NCBI RefSeq assembly: GCF_009834535.1
Contig: NC_045696.1
Coordinates: 11,968,001-12,032,000, forward strand
Reading direction: 5' to 3'
Length of the DNA: 64,000 nucleotides
Source of the DNA: Camelus ferus
Taxonomy: Eukaryota
Shown here: positions 61,901 to 64,000 of the stretch, one piece after another
How positions within the stretch are numbered: the stretch's first letter is position 1
Layout of the letters: each line of letters begins with the position of its first letter
Program-made: the position numbers and the translations under genes
Notes under the pieces: generated by a model
Database searches by the model: none
Told to the model about the DNA's origin: nothing
The model's input: only the letters and a program-made list of their open reading frames with translations

Positions 61901-64000
61901 ATAGAAAGTATAAGACTTGAGGTTTAAATTTGACGAGTTGTTCCTATGCCACAATCTTGCCCACTTACCTCCTGCTTAATACCTCTCCCACTAACTCCCC
62001 CCAAAAAGTGCAAGCTCTCTGGGCCACTAACATTCTACATAAGTAAGTCATAGTCTGAAATGAAGAATGTAATGAGGTTAAAACTGGTACTATCTTCCAG
62101 CTTGAGCTGAGTGCCTTTATTCTCATGCTCTGCTTTTCAATTTCTAGCCCAGTTTTTGCATTTTGGCGTGTCTTCCTCCCCCTTAATCTTTCATCTCTTA
62201 CCTAGTGACTGTGTGATGGTTATGTTGGTGAAGGACTGATTGCTCACCTTTTGCATTTGTTACTAAACCATGTGAACATTTATTGATTCCTTTTCATGAG
62301 TAGGACACTTCCAGTCTCTGTAGAGGCTACAAAATATAGTGAAAGCCACCTTCTGCCCCAAAGTTGCTTCTAGACTCACAGGAACAAACAAAGGCTTGTG
62401 AAAATATAAAACATAAACCTGGTATTTTGTTTTAATAAAAATAAATGATAAAGATTAGGTAGGAGAGAACAGGGAGAAATTAAGATGATGGAAATAACTG
62501 GCATTTTTACATTCGTACGTAAAAAGGATTAGGACTTTCAATTCACCAGTGTTCTGGGGGTGGCTGGTGGGACAGGGTTTGTCCCTGAAAGGAGAGAGTG
62601 TGTCTATTGTATGCAAGGAATAATTTTAATTTTTCATACCCGTGTTATTTCAGGGCCCCCCACTGACCCCACATGGGCCTTCATGGTTCTCGCTGACCTT
62701 TTGGGAAAAGCTTTCAAATTAAGGGGTGTTGCAGCAGTCCCTAGAAATATTTTTCTCCTAACTTGAGTTGCTTCAGACTTCCTGCTGACTCTGCTTGGAT
62801 CATCCCCTGAGAATTTCTCTTGGTAGGATTTAAGAGATTTGGCATTCATCTCTAAATTCTAGTTCTGAAGATAAAAATGGCTTCTTTCCTACCTTGGCTG
62901 GCTGAAAAGAATCTTGCTACTAAAAATGCTATTAATATAACGGATCCTTCAGAATGATGCATGGATGCTGTAATTCTCTAAGGTTGGGGCCATTTCCTTT
63001 AAGAAACCTCTCACGAGGCTTTTAACTTGATTAGTTTTCTGTTGGCAGGAACAGGCCTAACTAGAAATTTGTTGTTGAGAACATGCCTGTCAATTCATAT
63101 TTGCAAACTTCTGGAATATACGAGAGAAGGAGGGGACATCCTAGCGTATCTGAGGTGACAGTTTTGCCTTCTTTCACTTCAATTCTCTTTCACCATCATC
63201 CTTTCCCTCTTAAATTTAAATCTGTGTGATTCTTTAAAGGCAGCTGTGGCTAACACTTGTTCTAAGCTTTTAATTAGTTATTGGCAAATAGAGGTACCTA
63301 GACTCATCCAGACATCTTAATGTACACTTAAACAATTCAAGAAGTCTAAGAAATTGGTCATGGCCTTTGGTGTTACAGAGATGCTTATTTATTTTTTCTA
63401 CTTACAAATACGCAGCTCATGATATTCTTAGGGATATAGATCACATACATGGTCATGCATGGAGAGGCGATCTTTCTATTTTCCCTATACTGAATTGAGT
63501 CTCTGTGTTTTTCTTGCTTCTTAAAGTCGCCAGCCAGAGGGATGTGAACTTGCTGCTTTGAAGTACACTAGCAACTAGTAAAAAGGAGATTCTCTTCCTT
63601 GGAAACTTCGCTCTGAGAATCATATGATGTGTGACCTGGTAGGGAATATTCCAGTATGGGAAGAGCTTAACATCTGGTGTCTGTATGAGTTACCTCTGAA
63701 CTCATCGGAACATTCAATGGAGGTTTTTCCCTTCCTGTTGCCACAAATTTTATTTCAGTTAGGATGTGCTTGTGAGAGTTTAAGCAACGTTTGAGACTGA
63801 ACAGTGGGATTATAGAGTGATTGTGGATCGATGTGAAGGTATGTTATATTGCAGGGTGTTTCAAACTGTATGCAATGGTCATGGTAAAATTTGCTCCTTG
63901 TTTCCCTCTGGTGTCTTTGGCTTTTTTGTTTATTGTGTGACTTGCCTGGCTGGAAGATCAGTTTCATGAGAGTGGGGACTGTGTCCCTTTTGTTCTCTGG

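Larger units (their letters stand above)
1..64000 (+). other. Large intron / 5' region of an unidentified mammalian (probably camelid) gene
   Basis: No recognisable coding exons; dense eutherian interspersed repeats; + strand appears T/G-rich; 8 of 11 young L1 3'-end insertions lie on the - strand; best splice-site pairs are on +. Confidence 0.65.

Noticed and set aside
63500..63645. Possible exon (cttaaag| … ctg|gtaggg)
   Set aside because: Weak AAG acceptor and moderate donor with no other support.
1..64000. ORFs of 60-160 aa in the supplied track as genes
   Set aside because: No recognisable domains; many start at non-ATG codons or lie in repeats and microsatellites. Only L1 ORF2 remnants are identifiable.
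1..64000. CRISPR array, prokaryotic defence system or intact mobile element
   Set aside because: Sequence is eutherian intronic DNA; no regularly spaced repeats, operons or intact transposase/RT ORFs.

Overview
Mammalian genomic DNA, very likely camelid (camel/alpaca/llama). This rests on two tRNA-Ala-derived SINEs of the camelid type and on many young L1 3' ends of one family. No protein-coding exon, rRNA, tRNA gene or CRISPR array is recognisable. The ORF track is essentially noise apart from decayed L1 ORF2 fragments. The window reads as part of a very large intron or 5' region of an unidentified gene, probably on the + strand: the + strand looks T/G-rich, most young L1 insertions are antisense to it, and the best splice signals lie on it. 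It contains an internal CpG-island promoter with a splice donor (~5.5-6.1 kb), candidate non-coding cassette exons (10.3 kb, 56.5 kb) and three candidate frame-preserving microexons of 9, 9 and 21 nt. Transposon relics include MER20, MIR, L2, L1M, MLT1 and MLT2. Several insertions are structurally informative: a twin-primed inverted L1, a nested insertion splitting an older TSD, an L1 with a foreign polyadenylated tail, a shared truncation point, a GC-shifted L1 tract and a MIR-derived CTCF motif. Old-repeat boundaries and subfamily names are approximate, recognised by eye and not by database search.
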